Positions 38,230 through 47,194 of a stretch of DNA of 64,000 bases are shown here, one piece after another. The stretch spans positions 13,233 to 77,232 of the forward strand of contig DASRCN010000067.1 in the NCBI GenBank assembly GCA_035653075.1, in the 5' to 3' direction. The translations under genes were made by a program, and so were the position numbers. Each line of letters starts with the position of its first letter. The stretch's first letter is position 1. The notes below the pieces were generated by a model. The model was given only the letters and a program-made list of their open reading frames with translations. It ran no database searches and was not told the origin of the DNA. This stretch comes from Chthonomonadaceae bacterium. Its GTDB lineage: Bacteria > Armatimonadota > Chthonomonadetes > Chthonomonadales > Chthonomonadaceae.

Positions 38230-39387
38230 TCAGGCGAGGGCGTCGGCCAGGTCGGTCTCTTCCCACGGGAAAGCGGGGTTGCCGAAGTGGCCGTTGCGGG
38301 CGGTCTGGACGTACTGGATGCGCTCCGGGCGCAGCAGGCACAACCGCTCGATCATAGCGCGGGGTCGCAGATCGACCGCCTGGCGGACGCGCCGCACGAT
38401 CTCGGCGTCGGAGGCGCGGCCCGTGCCGAAAGTGTCCACCAGAACGCTGACCGGCTCGGCAACCCCGATGGCATAGGCAAGCTGGATCTCGACGCGATCG
38501 GCCAGGCCCGCCGCCACGATGTTCTTGGCGATGTAGCGGCCCGTGTAGGAAGCCGAGCGGTCCACTTTCGAGGGGTCCTTGCCGGAGAAAGCGCCGCCGC
38601 CGTGCCGCGCCGCGCCGCCGTAGGTGTCTACGATGATCTTGCGGCCGGTCACGCCGGTATCCGCCTGCGGGCCGCCGATGACGAAGCGGCCCGTCGGATT
38701 GATATAGTATTTGATATTGCCCTTGTTGACCCGATCGTACTTCTGCAGCACCGGCTTGACGACGTACTCCTGGACGTTCGCCTGCACGCTCTCCTGCGTA
38801 TGCGAGGGATCGTGTTGCGTGGAGACCACTAACGTTTCGATGTGATCGGGCCGCCCATCCGGGCCGTAGGCGATGGTCACCTGGGCTTTGCCGTCGGGCC
38901 GGAAGCCGAGCTCGGGATGGGCGCGGCGCGTTGCCGCCAACTGCCGGGTCAGGTCGTGGGCGATGGTGATGGGCAGGGGCATCAGGTGCTCGGTCTCATT
39001 GACGGCATAGCCGAACATGAGGCCCTGGTCGCCCGCGCCCTGCTCGTTGGGGTCCTCGCGGTCGACGCCCTGCGCGATGTCGGGCGACTGCTGCTGGATG
39101 GCGAGCATGACGCCGCAGGTATAGCCGTCGAAGCCGTAGTCCGTATGCGTATAGCCCACGCCCACGATGGTCTGGCGGACCACGTCGGCGATCTCCACGT
39201 AGGCTTCGGTGGTCAACTCGCCGCCGACCACGCACAGCCCGCGCGTCAGGAAGGTCTCCAGGGCCACGCGCGAGCGGGAATCTTTCTTGAGCAGCTCATC
39301 CAGAACGGCGTCGCTGATCTGGTCGGCGAGCTTGTCCGGGTGTCCTTCCGTAACGCTCTCCGAGGTAAACAGGGTGAAATCCGACAT
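38230..39387 (-). CDS. metK: S-adenosylmethionine synthetase
   Basis: [30 protein letters not shown]... is the canonical MetK N-terminus. ...[12 protein letters not shown]... and ...[17 protein letters not shown]... motifs. Start set at MSDF (the ORF track includes a 47-codon upstream extension). Confidence 0.95.
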   Translation of the reverse strand: MSDFTLFTSESVTEGHPDKLADQISDAVLDELLKKDSRSRVALETFLTRGLCVVGGELTTEAYVEIADVVRQTIVGVGYTHTDYGFDGYTCGVMLAIQQQSPDIAQGVDREDPNEQGAGDQGLMFGYAVNETEHLMPLPITIAHDLTRQLAATRRAHPELGFRPDGKAQVTIAYGPDGRPDHIETLVVSTQHDPSHTQESVQANVQEYVVKPVLQKYDRVNKGNIKYYINPTGRFVIGGPQADTGVTGRKIIVDTYGGAARHGGGAFSGKDPSKVDRSASYTGRYIAKNIVAAGLADRVEIQLAYAIGVAEPVSVLVDTFGTGRASDAEIVRRVRQAVDLRPRAMIERLCLLRPERIQYVQTARNGHFGNPAFPWEETDLADALA

Positions 39388-39841
39388 ATCCAAATCGATC
39401 CTTTCTTCGCGGCCCGACCTCGCTCTGCGTTGAGTGGAGGCAGCTTCGGGCTGGAAAGTTCCTAATGGGCGCGCTGCCGGAAGAGCATGGCCCTCCTGCA
39501 GAACGGCGTCGTTCCTGATGCGCAAGCTTCGGTCTGCGTTCTGCCGTCGCCGGCAAATGCGGCGACAAACAAAAACCCCTTCTGCGTTGCAGAAGAGGTC
39601 GTAACGGCGGGTTAAAGGACGGTCTTCACGTAAAGGGACCGTGTCCTTGCCTTACGCTCTCTTATCTTGCAGTTGGCAGAATGTGCGACTGCCCGGATTT
39701 AGCACCTGCCCGGCCTCCTGGAAAAAGGCGGGTGGTTGTTGTGGTGTCGTCGGGCCGGTTCCCTCGACCACTCTCGATAAGAAGCTTCGCTATACGGTTG
39801 TCAGCGAAAGAGTATCATATTCCCTGTAGGAATGTCAATAT

Positions 39842-40111
39842 TCAGGGCTGCCTTCCTGCTGCATCTGCCGCCTGCTGGATAGGCTCTGTTGCGCTCAAAG
39901 GCAAGCCGCGCTTCACGGAGCGTTCTTGCCGTGCCGCCTCCAACTGCTCCATGAAGTCGAGGATTTCTACGCTGATAACTCGGCCACTCTTATCGTAATC
40001 GACGATCACACCCTCTTCAATCTCCTCCGTATCCTCCACGGGCTCATCAAACAGATCGATCGAGAGAGCATCCACTTCTGGATCATAGCGAAGTCTCATG
40101 ACTGCCTCCAA
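39842..40111 (-). CDS. DUF2283 family protein (putative antitoxin of a DUF4258/DUF2283 pair)
   Basis: MRLRYDPEVDALSIDLFDEP...GVIVDYDKSGRVISVEILDF matches the DUF2283 pattern (YDxExDxLxI...DxDxxGxxxGIEIL). Overlaps the upstream DUF4258 gene by 16 nt. Confidence 0.65.
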   Translation of the reverse strand: MEAVMRLRYDPEVDALSIDLFDEPVEDTEEIEEGVIVDYDKSGRVISVEILDFMEQLEAARQERSVKRGLPLSATEPIQQAADAAGRQP

Positions 40112-40350
40112 TATTTTGCTTTCGTAGTCGGGTAGATGGTGACGACTACTGCCGGGTCGGTTCGGTCGTCTACTATCAAACGAAGCATCATGATTTTATT
40201 CCCTCTAACGAGGAGAGATTGATAGGTTTTACGCCCTTTCTTCGCGGGCAGAATTTGTTGCGGATGCTGCATGACCGCATCGATTTCCTCGGCGGTCACA
40301 TTGCGCTTGACCATCTCTTCCTGTGTATGATCAGAAAGAATATAGTTCAT
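40096..40350 (-). CDS. DUF4258 family protein (putative toxin)
   Basis: MNYILSDHTQEEMVKRNVTAEEIDAVMQHP...GRKTYQSLLVRGNKIMMLRLIVDD...VVVTIYPTTKAKYW matches the DUF4258 pattern (hTxHAxxRMxxRxIxxxEVxxVL...GRxxYQ...VVVTVY...KYW). Lies in an AT-richer islet. Confidence 0.65.
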   Translation of the reverse strand: MNYILSDHTQEEMVKRNVTAEEIDAVMQHPQQILPAKKGRKTYQSLLVRGNKIMMLRLIVDDRTDPAVVVTIYPTTKAKYWRQS

Positions 40351-40501
40351 CCGCTCCCTCTTGTTATACGATCTCTGGCAAACTATATAAGCACTGGTGA
40401 ATAGGAAATATCACGTTCAAACCAGCTCTTATTACGCAGTCTACGGACGAACAGATAATAAGATGCTGCTTAGCCTCATGTCAAGAAAGTCGGGTCCTTC
40501 C

Positions 40502-41416
40502 CTATAAGGAAGAGGTGTCGGTCAGGCGTATGGCCTCAAGGAAGGCGCGGACGGCGGCGCGGCGCGAGCGCGACTTCTTTACCAGCAGGCCCGCCGGGCG
40601 CAGAAAGGCGTCTTTTGCGGAGAGCGGCACGACGGCCAGCGTACCTTCCCGTGCTTCCTGCCGCACCGTGTTCTCCGGAACGAGCGCCACTCCGCTGCCG
40701 ATCTCCACCAGGTTCTTGATCGTCTCGATATTGTCGAAGGCTGCTACGATGCGGACGTTCACACTGGCGGCGCTGAGATGCGCGTCGATCAGCTTTCGGG
40801 TGGGAATGTCGTCGGCAAAGGCGATGAACGGCTGCCCTTCCAACTGCCGCAAAGGAATTTTTTGCTTTCGCGCCAGCGGATGCTCCGGCGCACAGATAAA
40901 GACCATCGCCTCCTCGCCGAACGGCGCGATCTCGATACCGCTTCTGGGCGTGGGGCAGGCGACGATTCCCACATCGACCGCGCCCGACAGCACGTCCTGA
41001 TACACTTTCCCTGTCCGGCTGTACTCCAGGTGAACGGAGATTTTCGGATGCGCGGCCAGAAACGGCTTGAGCCGGCCCGGCAGGGAGTGGAGGCCCACCG
41101 AATAGACCGTCGCCACATTCACCGTCCCGGCGGCCTCATCGGAAAGTCCGCGCAGGCGGGCATCCAGCTCCTGCATCTCGCTCAAGATCGGCTTGGCGCC
41201 CTCATAGAGAATCTGACCGGCCTCCGTCAGTTGGAGGCGACCTTTTCCCTTGCCCCGCTCGATCAACACATGGCCGTACTCCTGCTCCAGTGCGCGCAGC
41301 TTCTGGCTCACCGCCGATTGCGACAGGTAGCTCCGCTCCGCCGCCCGCGAGAACGACTGTGTCTCCACTAGATCGCAAAACAGCCTCAGTGTTCGCAACT
41401 CCATACTTTTCTCCAT
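40502..41416 (-). CDS. LysR-family transcriptional regulator, divergent from sdhCAB
   Basis: N-terminal HTH ...LRTLRLFCDLVETQSFSRAAERSYLSQSAVSQKLRALEQEYG... and a C-terminal substrate-binding domain. Confidence 0.9.
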   Translation of the reverse strand: MEKSMELRTLRLFCDLVETQSFSRAAERSYLSQSAVSQKLRALEQEYGHVLIERGKGKGRLQLTEAGQILYEGAKPILSEMQELDARLRGLSDEAAGTVNVATVYSVGLHSLPGRLKPFLAAHPKISVHLEYSRTGKVYQDVLSGAVDVGIVACPTPRSGIEIAPFGEEAMVFICAPEHPLARKQKIPLRQLEGQPFIAFADDIPTRKLIDAHLSAASVNVRIVAAFDNIETIKNLVEIGSGVALVPENTVRQEAREGTLAVVPLSAKDAFLRPAGLLVKKSRSRRAAVRAFLEAIRLTDTSSL

Positions 41417-41423
41417 AGACCGT

Positions 41424-41492
41424 GTCGTTTTAGCCGGGCAATGAATTACCCGTCTCTAGGGCCTTCGGCCAACCGCCCTGCGGGCGGAAAAG
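41424..41492. repeat. Dispersed intergenic repeat, family A copy (GTCGTTTTAGCCGGGCAATGAATTACCCGTCT..GGGCCTTCGGCC..CCGCCCTGCGGGCGGAAAAG)
   Basis: Contains a GGCC-UUCG-GCC tetraloop hairpin and a CCGCCC-TGC-GGGCGG hairpin. Lies in the LysR/sdhC divergent region. Confidence 0.5.
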
Positions 41493-41668
41493 CCGTTATC
41501 TCCTCTTTTGGTTTATTATTAGCCTTGCTTCTAATTCCTATCTTAACATTTCATTTCTCATTTCTGCAAGCTTGTGCCATACTATACGCATGGCGGTGTA
41601 GTGGCAACCAACATCGCAACCTTTTTGTACAATTCCCCTCAAGTGACGAGAGGATAGGGAGTGAGGGA

Positions 41669-42493
41669 ATGGCTGTTCAAACCGCGCCTGCGCCGCGTCC
41701 GACGACCCCGGAGTCGCCGCATCTGCCCAAAATCGCGCGCAAAGACGCCTGGTGGATCGGACCGCTCTGGTTCTTCGTGCTCTTCAGCGCCTTCGTCGTG
41801 TGGACCACCTTCCGTACCTTTCAGAACGCCTACTACGACTATCAGAACTATCTGTCGCCGTTCTATTCGCCGACCATCGTCGTTGGCTGGACGGTCCTGG
41901 GCTACCATATCTCGCCGGCCATCTGGATCCTGATCTTCCCGCTCTCCTTCCGGCTGAGCTGCTACTACTACCGCAAGGCCATCTACCGCTCTTACCTGGC
42001 CGATCCGCTGGCCTGCGCGGTCACGGAGCCGGCGCCGCTGGAGAAATCCCGCTTCAAGCGCTATATGGGAGAGCGCGGGTTCCCGCTCATTATCCAGAAC
42101 TTCCACCGCTTCGCCTTCTATGCCGCCGTCGTGTTCATCGTCATCCTCTGGTATGACACCGTCGAGGCCTTTCTTTTCTGGAACACGCCCACCGGCAACG
42201 GTATCCACTTCGGCATCGGCATCGGGTCGCTGGTGTTCCTGGTCAACATCCTGCTGTTGACCTGCTACACCTTCTCCTGTCACTCCTGGCGGCATCTGAT
42301 CGGCGGCACGGTGAACTGCTACTCCTGCTCCCTCGCCAACCGGACGCGCTACGGCATGTGGAAGAAGGTTACGTTTCTGAACGAGTGGCACGGCCTCTGG
42401 GCGATGCTGAGTCTCATCTCCGTCGGCCTGACCGATGTCTACGTCTGGCTCGTCGCCAGCGGCAGGATTACGGATTTTCACCTGTTGGGGTAG
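41669..42493 (+). CDS. sdhC: Succinate dehydrogenase/fumarate reductase cytochrome b membrane subunit (Bacillus-type)
   Basis: Five predicted TM helices with conserved His residues. Directly upstream of sdhA/sdhB. Start set at MAVQTAP (the ORF track begins upstream inside the repeat element). Confidence 0.8.
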   Translation: MAVQTAPAPRPTTPESPHLPKIARKDAWWIGPLWFFVLFSAFVVWTTFRTFQNAYYDYQNYLSPFYSPTIVVGWTVLGYHISPAIWILIFPLSFRLSCYYYRKAIYRSYLADPLACAVTEPAPLEKSRFKRYMGERGFPLIIQNFHRFAFYAAVVFIVILWYDTVEAFLFWNTPTGNGIHFGIGIGSLVFLVNILLLTCYTFSCHSWRHLIGGTVNCYSCSLANRTRYGMWKKVTFLNEWHGLWAMLSLISVGLTDVYVWLVASGRITDFHLLG

Positions 42494-42558
42494 TGCCGGG
42501 GTTAAAACCCCGGTCTGAAATACAAAGCCCGCCTAAGCGGGCTATCCGCTTCCAACTA

Positions 42559-42610
42559 TGTTCCCCCTTCCTACGAGCGTAGCGAGCCAACCAGGGAGGG
42601 GAACAGGGGG
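42559..42610. repeat. C-rich/G-rich palindromic repeat, family B copy (TGTTCCCCCTTCC...GGAGGGGAACAGGGGG) between sdhC and sdhA
   Basis: Seen directly. Confidence 0.4.
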
Positions 42611-42620
42611 TAAGGGGTAA

Positions 42621-44435
42621 TTGGATTTCGATACCTTTGAATTCGATGTGCTGATTATCGGCGCGGGCGGCGCGGGCCTGCGGGCCGTTATCGCCGCGCG
42701 GGAGGCCGGCTGCACCGTCGGCGTGGTGTGCAAATCGCTTTTAGGCAAGGCGCACACGGTCATGGCCGAGGGCGGCATCGCGGCGGCGCTGGGCAACATG
42801 GTCGCTCCTGACGGCACCCGCGAGCCCGACGACTGGAAGGTCCACTTCGTCGATACGATGAAGGGCGGCGCCTTCCTGAACGACTGGCGCACCGTGGAAA
42901 TCTTCGCCAAGGAAGCGCCGGAGCGCGTCCTGGAACTGGAGCAGTACGGCGCCGTTTTCGACCGCACGCCGGAGGGCTTGATCGCCCAGCGCCCGTTCGG
43001 CGGCCATAAATACCGCCGCCTGAACCACGTCGGCGACCGCACCGGGCTAGAGCTGATCCGCACCGTGCAGGATAAGGCGGTCGGAGTCGGCATGGACGTC
43101 CTCATGGAGGTCACGCTCACGCGGCTCCTCAAAGAGGGCGACCGGGTCGTCGGCGCGTTCGGCTACTACCGCGAGACGGGCCAGTTCGTGCTCATCAAGG
43201 CCAAAGCGGCTGTGATGGCGACCGGCGGCTGGGGACGCATGTACAAGTACACCTCCAACTCCTGGGAAGGAACGGGCGACGGCCTGCAGATGGCGTATGA
43301 GGCGGGCGCGGACCTGATCGACATGGAGATGGTCCAGTTCCATCCGACCGGCATGATCTGGCCGCCCGGAATGCGCGGCATCCTGGTCACTGAAGGCGTG
43401 CGCGGCGAAGGCGGCATCCTGCGCAACAACAAGGGCGAGCGGTTCATGTTCAAGCCGGAGTACATGCCGGCCCTCTATGCCGGCCAGTTCGCCGAGTCGG
43501 AGGAGGAGGCCGCCCGCTGGCTGGACGATAAAAAGAACAATCGCCGCCCGCCGGAGCTGCTTCCCCGCGACGTGGTCTCCCGCAGCATCTATAAAGAGGT
43601 CGAGGCCGGCCGGGGCAGCGAGCATGGCGGCGTCTACCTGGACGTCTCCCATCGCGGCGAGGACTACATCAAGCGCAAGCTACCCAGCATGTACGAGCAG
43701 TTCCATGCCCTCGGCGAGATCGACATCACCAAGCAGCCGATGGAGGTCTATCCGACCATCCACTACACGATGGGCGGCGTCTGGGTCGAGCCGGAGACCT
43801 GCGCGACCAGCGTGCCCGGCCTGTTTGCCGCGGGCGAGGTGGCGGCCAGCCTGCACGGCGCGAACCGGCTGGGCGGCAACTCGCTCTCGGACATCCTGGT
43901 CTTCGGCAAGCGCGCTGGCGAAGGCGCCGCTGCCTATGCCAAAACGGTCTCGCACGGCCAGATCGATCCCAAACAGATCGAGGCCGAGGCGGATGTCCTG
44001 CTCGCTCCGCTAGGAACGAAGGGCGGCGAAAGCCCGTATGCGATCCATCAGGAGTTGCAGGAGACGATGCAGAAGAACGCCATGATCGCGCGTACGGAGC
44101 CGGGGCTTCTGGAGGCGCTGGAGAAGATTCAGGAGCTGCAGCAACGGGCGCAGCACATCAGCGTGCCCGGCGACCGCCTCTTCAATCCCGGCTGGCACGC
44201 CGCCCGCGACGTGCGGTTCATGCTCGTCACGTCCGAGATCATCGTCCGCTGCGCCCTGGAGCGCAAGGAGAGCCGGGGCGCGCAGTGGCGCACGGACTTT
44301 CCCGAGCGGGACGACGCCTATTGGGGCAAGCAGAACCTGATCGCCAAAAAGGCGGGAGATCGCATCGAGATCGCGCCCCGACCGCTCAAGGAGATGCCGC
44401 CGGAGTTGAAAGCGCTCTTCGAGGAGATCAAATAA
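42621..44435 (+). CDS. sdhA: Succinate dehydrogenase/fumarate reductase flavoprotein subunit
   Basis: FAD-binding N-terminus FDVLIIGAGGAGLRA. ...RSHTVMAEGGIAAA... and catalytic ...HYTMGGV... motifs. Confidence 0.95.
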   Translation: MDFDTFEFDVLIIGAGGAGLRAVIAAREAGCTVGVVCKSLLGKAHTVMAEGGIAAALGNMVAPDGTREPDDWKVHFVDTMKGGAFLNDWRTVEIFAKEAPERVLELEQYGAVFDRTPEGLIAQRPFGGHKYRRLNHVGDRTGLELIRTVQDKAVGVGMDVLMEVTLTRLLKEGDRVVGAFGYYRETGQFVLIKAKAAVMATGGWGRMYKYTSNSWEGTGDGLQMAYEAGADLIDMEMVQFHPTGMIWPPGMRGILVTEGVRGEGGILRNNKGERFMFKPEYMPALYAGQFAESEEEAARWLDDKKNNRRPPELLPRDVVSRSIYKEVEAGRGSEHGGVYLDVSHRGEDYIKRKLPSMYEQFHALGEIDITKQPMEVYPTIHYTMGGVWVEPETCATSVPGLFAAGEVAASLHGANRLGGNSLSDILVFGKRAGEGAAAYAKTVSHGQIDPKQIEAEADVLLAPLGTKGGESPYAIHQELQETMQKNAMIARTEPGLLEALEKIQELQQRAQHISVPGDRLFNPGWHAARDVRFMLVTSEIIVRCALERKESRGAQWRTDFPERDDAYWGKQNLIAKKAGDRIEIAPRPLKEMPPELKALFEEIK

Positions 44436-44437
44436 AT

Positions 44438-45241
44438 ATGGATAAGATAACTCTGCGCGTCTTTCGCGGCGATTCGGAAGGCGGCAAGATGATCGCCTAT
44501 GAAGTGCCGACGTTCCCCGGCATGGTCGTGCTGGATGCGGTACATTACATACAATCCCATCTGGACAGCACGCTGGCCTGCCGCTGGAACTGCAAAGCCG
44601 CCAAATGCGGCTCCTGCAGCGCCGAGATCGACGGCAAGCCGCGCCTGATGTGCAAGTCCCGCGTGGACGAGTACCCTTCCGGCGACATCAGCCTGGGACC
44701 GATGCGCGCCTTCCCGCTCATCAAGGACCTGGTGACGGACGTGTCGTGGAACTACCGCACGGCGGCCATGATCCCGCCGCTGGTCCCCAAACCGGAGGTG
44801 GCGGGCAAGCCGTTCGTGCTGCAGCAGATGGACGTGGACCGCGTGCAGGAGTTCCGCAAGTGCATCGAGTGTTTCCTCTGCCAGAACGTCTGTCACGTTC
44901 TGCGGGACCACCAGCGCATGGACGGCTTCTTCGGCCCGCGCCAGATGTGCCGTCTCGGCGCTCTGGAGATGCACCCGATGGACGACCTCAACCGCCGCGA
45001 GCAGTTGCGCCACGAGGCGGGCGTGGGATTCTGCAACATTACCAAATGCTGCACGGAGGTTTGCCCGGAGCACATTCACATCACGGATAACGCGATCATC
45101 CCCCTCAAAGAGCGCGTGGTGGACGACTACTTCGATCCCATCAGCGGCCTGCTGACCAAGATCGGGGTCCTCAAGCGGGAAAAGAAGCGGCCCATGAGCA
45201 GCGTCAAAAACAACCTGACCCGCTTCCACCGCCCCAAATAG
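44438..45241 (+). CDS. sdhB: Succinate dehydrogenase/fumarate reductase iron-sulfur subunit
   Basis: 2Fe-2S Cys cluster (CRWNCKAAKCGSCSAEI), 4Fe-4S (CIECFLCQNVC) and 3Fe-4S (CTEVCPEHI) motifs. Start at ATG 44438 (MDKITLRVF...). Confidence 0.95.
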   Translation: MDKITLRVFRGDSEGGKMIAYEVPTFPGMVVLDAVHYIQSHLDSTLACRWNCKAAKCGSCSAEIDGKPRLMCKSRVDEYPSGDISLGPMRAFPLIKDLVTDVSWNYRTAAMIPPLVPKPEVAGKPFVLQQMDVDRVQEFRKCIECFLCQNVCHVLRDHQRMDGFFGPRQMCRLGALEMHPMDDLNRREQLRHEAGVGFCNITKCCTEVCPEHIHITDNAIIPLKERVVDDYFDPISGLLTKIGVLKREKKRPMSSVKNNLTRFHRPK

Positions 45242-45557
45242 GGCACGATCCGAAAATGTTACTTTTTGATACCCTAGGATATGGAAAACCCCAGGATAAA
45301 GCAAAGAGCGCCGGATCGGCCTGGATCCGGCGCGTAGGACAGCGGGTAGGCTTGTCTTAGCTTCTATTATGGTCCTTCACACGCAGGGCATTCCCCGTAA
45401 ACCTACCAGGTTGATCGCCGGGCGGCTCAGGCAAAATAAATTTTTCGGGATCCTCCGCCAAAATACCGTCTTCTGGCACGCTTTATGCAGAGACCGGTAA
45501 TGATACTGTCCAGACCCAGGGATGGAACGCCGCCTTTTCAGGACGAAAGGAGATCTC

Positions 45558-45779
45558 ATGCGCCCGATCGACGATCGCTTGCCTGCCACGAGACAGGCGG
45601 AAGAGGAGCATGCCACGCAGCAAAACCTCGACTCAACGCATTCCAGGCTGGAGGAGCAGCGCTACCTGGCCGATGTCATGGAGGCGCTGGAGGCGGACCG
45701 GCTTTCGGAAGAGGAGCGAACGCATCTTAAAAGAGTCTTGATACGCTGCTTCGGCGAGGCCGTTCGCGGGGGGGTGTGA
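45558..45779 (+). CDS. Small hypothetical protein (73 aa)
   Basis: AAGGAGA RBS 6 nt upstream of ATG 45558. No family recognised. GC codon bias acceptable. Confidence 0.3.
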   Translation: MRPIDDRLPATRQAEEEHATQQNLDSTHSRLEEQRYLADVMEALEADRLSEEERTHLKRVLIRCFGEAVRGGV

Positions 45780-45813
45780 CGAATTTCACAGTCAAGATGT
45801 GACGAAATTCTCT
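45775..45813 (+). promoter_or_regulatory. Tandem CRP/FNR-type sites (TGTGACGAATTTCACA; TGTGACGAAATTCTCT) upstream of a TAGAAT -10 element
   Basis: First site is a perfect TGTGA-N6-TCACA palindrome. Site centres are about 65 and 42 bp upstream of the inferred start near 45848. Confidence 0.35.
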
Positions 45814-45847
45814 TCCCAACGTCTGCATTTTCTGTTAGAATGAACAT

Positions 45848-45940
45848 GCGAGTAGAGAATGCGAGTAAGAGTGAGACAAATTGATTGCAGAGTAAGCGAG
45901 GGAGGCGATTTCGCCTCCCTCTCCTTCTTTCTATCGCTTT
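45848..45940 (+). ncRNA. Candidate small RNA (about 90 nt) between a TAGAAT -10 element and a rho-independent terminator
   Basis: -10 box at 45836-45841. Terminator GAGGGAGGCG-ATTT-CGCCTCCCTC then TCCTTCTTTCTATCGCTTTT at 45898-45940. Body contains three GCGAGTA(A/G)GAG-like direct repeats. Alternatively this is simply the 3'UTR and terminator of the 45558 ORF. Confidence 0.25.
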
Positions 45941-46114
45941 TGGCACGCTTCTTGCAGGAAGACAGGTTGCAGTACTAAAAAAGCCGTGTCTTGCCGGGGA
46001 GAGCATTCCTGCGTCCTTGCTGCCTCTTGACCGACTGCAAGCCTACCAACCGCAGGAGGTAAAGCCATGCAAAGACGAAGGACGCCTGCCTGACAGACAC
46101 GGCTTTTGCACTGC

Positions 46115-47194
46115 TTACTGGCCGGACAGGCAGCCTAACTGGCCGCTGCTGTTCGGGTAGCCCGTGCCGGCATTGTAGGCCGCGTTAGACCACTCGCCCT
46201 GGATCTTCCACTGCGTGCCGTTGGAGAAGGTGACCAGCGGCGCCCCGAACGTCCAGGCGCATTTGTCTCCATTCTCGTTGTTGCCGGCATCGTACCAGCC
46301 GCCATTGCGCGGATCCGTGCGCGCCTCGGAGAGCTCGTGGCCGCTCACGTTCGCCAGCGCCGCCAGCCCCTGCGAGTGCAGGCCGGAGGTGTCTCCGGGA
46401 TCGCAGCCGGGATCGCCGTCCAGGTTGAAGAAGAAGGCGAACTGAACGGGAACGCCGCTGCAGGAGCCATAGCTGTGCCAGGCGCAGTAGCCCGCGCTGG
46501 CGGGCCGCGGCTTGTCAATGTAGACGGCATAGTAGCCGTTCGCGACCAGGTCGGAGGCGGGGATGACCTTGCAGACCTCGGACTGGATGGTCGAGACGGA
46601 AGGCGCGCGTTTCGGCGCCGCCGAGCCGTCGATGAAGTGTCCGTAGTACGAGGTGGTGGCCGTCACCTGGCCGTTCGTGCCGGTATACTCATCGGAGGCC
46701 TTTGCGTAGTTGCTGCCATTGAAGCCGTTATACCAGGAGTCCATACCGCTGATCTTGTCGCCTGAATAGCTGGGCCAGCTCGATCCCCAGAAGATGGCTG
46801 CGTTGGCTGCCGTCACCATGATCGCGCCGTTATGCCAGGTCATGTCGCCGTAGACGACCGCAGGCTGAATACCGCCGCCGCCTTTAACGCGAAGGAAGTT
46901 GGCGCGAGCCAGGAAATGACTGGGGCAGGGGAGAATGGAGTTGCGGTCCACATAGGCCATCAGCTTTTCGCCGGTCTGGGTGGCGATGCCATTGTGGTCG
47001 GCGGCATACAAGAAATAGGCTTCCGAGAACTGCCGCTCGTTGGAAAGGCAGGAGACTTTGCGATAGTCGCGAGCCTGAGCGATGACGGGGAACAGGGCGG
47101 CGGCCAGGATGGCGACGACCGCCAGGGCGATGAGGAGCTCGATCAACGTGAAGGCGTCTTGCCGATGACTTCTCCGAACGGTTGCTGCGTGCAT
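46115..47194 (-). CDS. Prepilin-type N-terminal cleavage/methylation domain protein (DUF1559 family), second copy
   Basis: [42 protein letters not shown]...SCLSNERQ... Start set at the MHAA Met. Confidence 0.8.
   Translation of the reverse strand: MHAATVRRSHRQDAFTLIELLIALAVVAILAAALFPVIAQARDYRKVSCLSNERQFSEAYFLYAADHNGIATQTGEKLMAYVDRNSILPCPSHFLARANFLRVKGGGGIQPAVVYGDMTWHNGAIMVTAANAAIFWGSSWPSYSGDKISGMDSWYNGFNGSNYAKASDEYTGTNGQVTATTSYYGHFIDGSAAPKRAPSVSTIQSEVCKVIPASDLVANGYYAVYIDKPRPASAGYCAWHSYGSCSGVPVQFAFFFNLDGDPGCDPGDTSGLHSQGLAALANVSGHELSEARTDPRNGGWYDAGNNENGDKCAWTFGAPLVTFSNGTQWKIQGEWSNAAYNAGTGYPNSSGQLGCLSGQ

Noticed and set aside
34439-38341. 768-aa and 501-aa minus-strand ORFs (34439-36745, 36836-38341)
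   Set aside because: Antisense to the large 34454-37942 gene. No recognisable domains. High-GC artefact.
39655-39700. Plus-strand sequence GCTCTCTTATCTTGCAGTTGGCAG resembling the start of a SAM-I riboswitch (CTCTTATCAAGAG)
   Set aside because: Wrong strand relative to metK, and the match breaks after 8 nt.
41441-41668. N-terminal 76-codon extension of the sdhC ORF (MNYPSLGPSANRPAGGKA...)
   Set aside because: The extension is read through the family A intergenic repeat. The true cytochrome b subunit starts at MAVQTAP (41669), with an RBS-like GGGAGTGAGGGA upstream.
45308-45333. Hairpin GCGCCGGATC-GGCCTG-GATCCGGCGC after sdhB
   Set aside because: Perfect 10-bp stem but no U-tract. Possibly a factor-dependent terminator or stabiliser, not enough to call as an intrinsic terminator.
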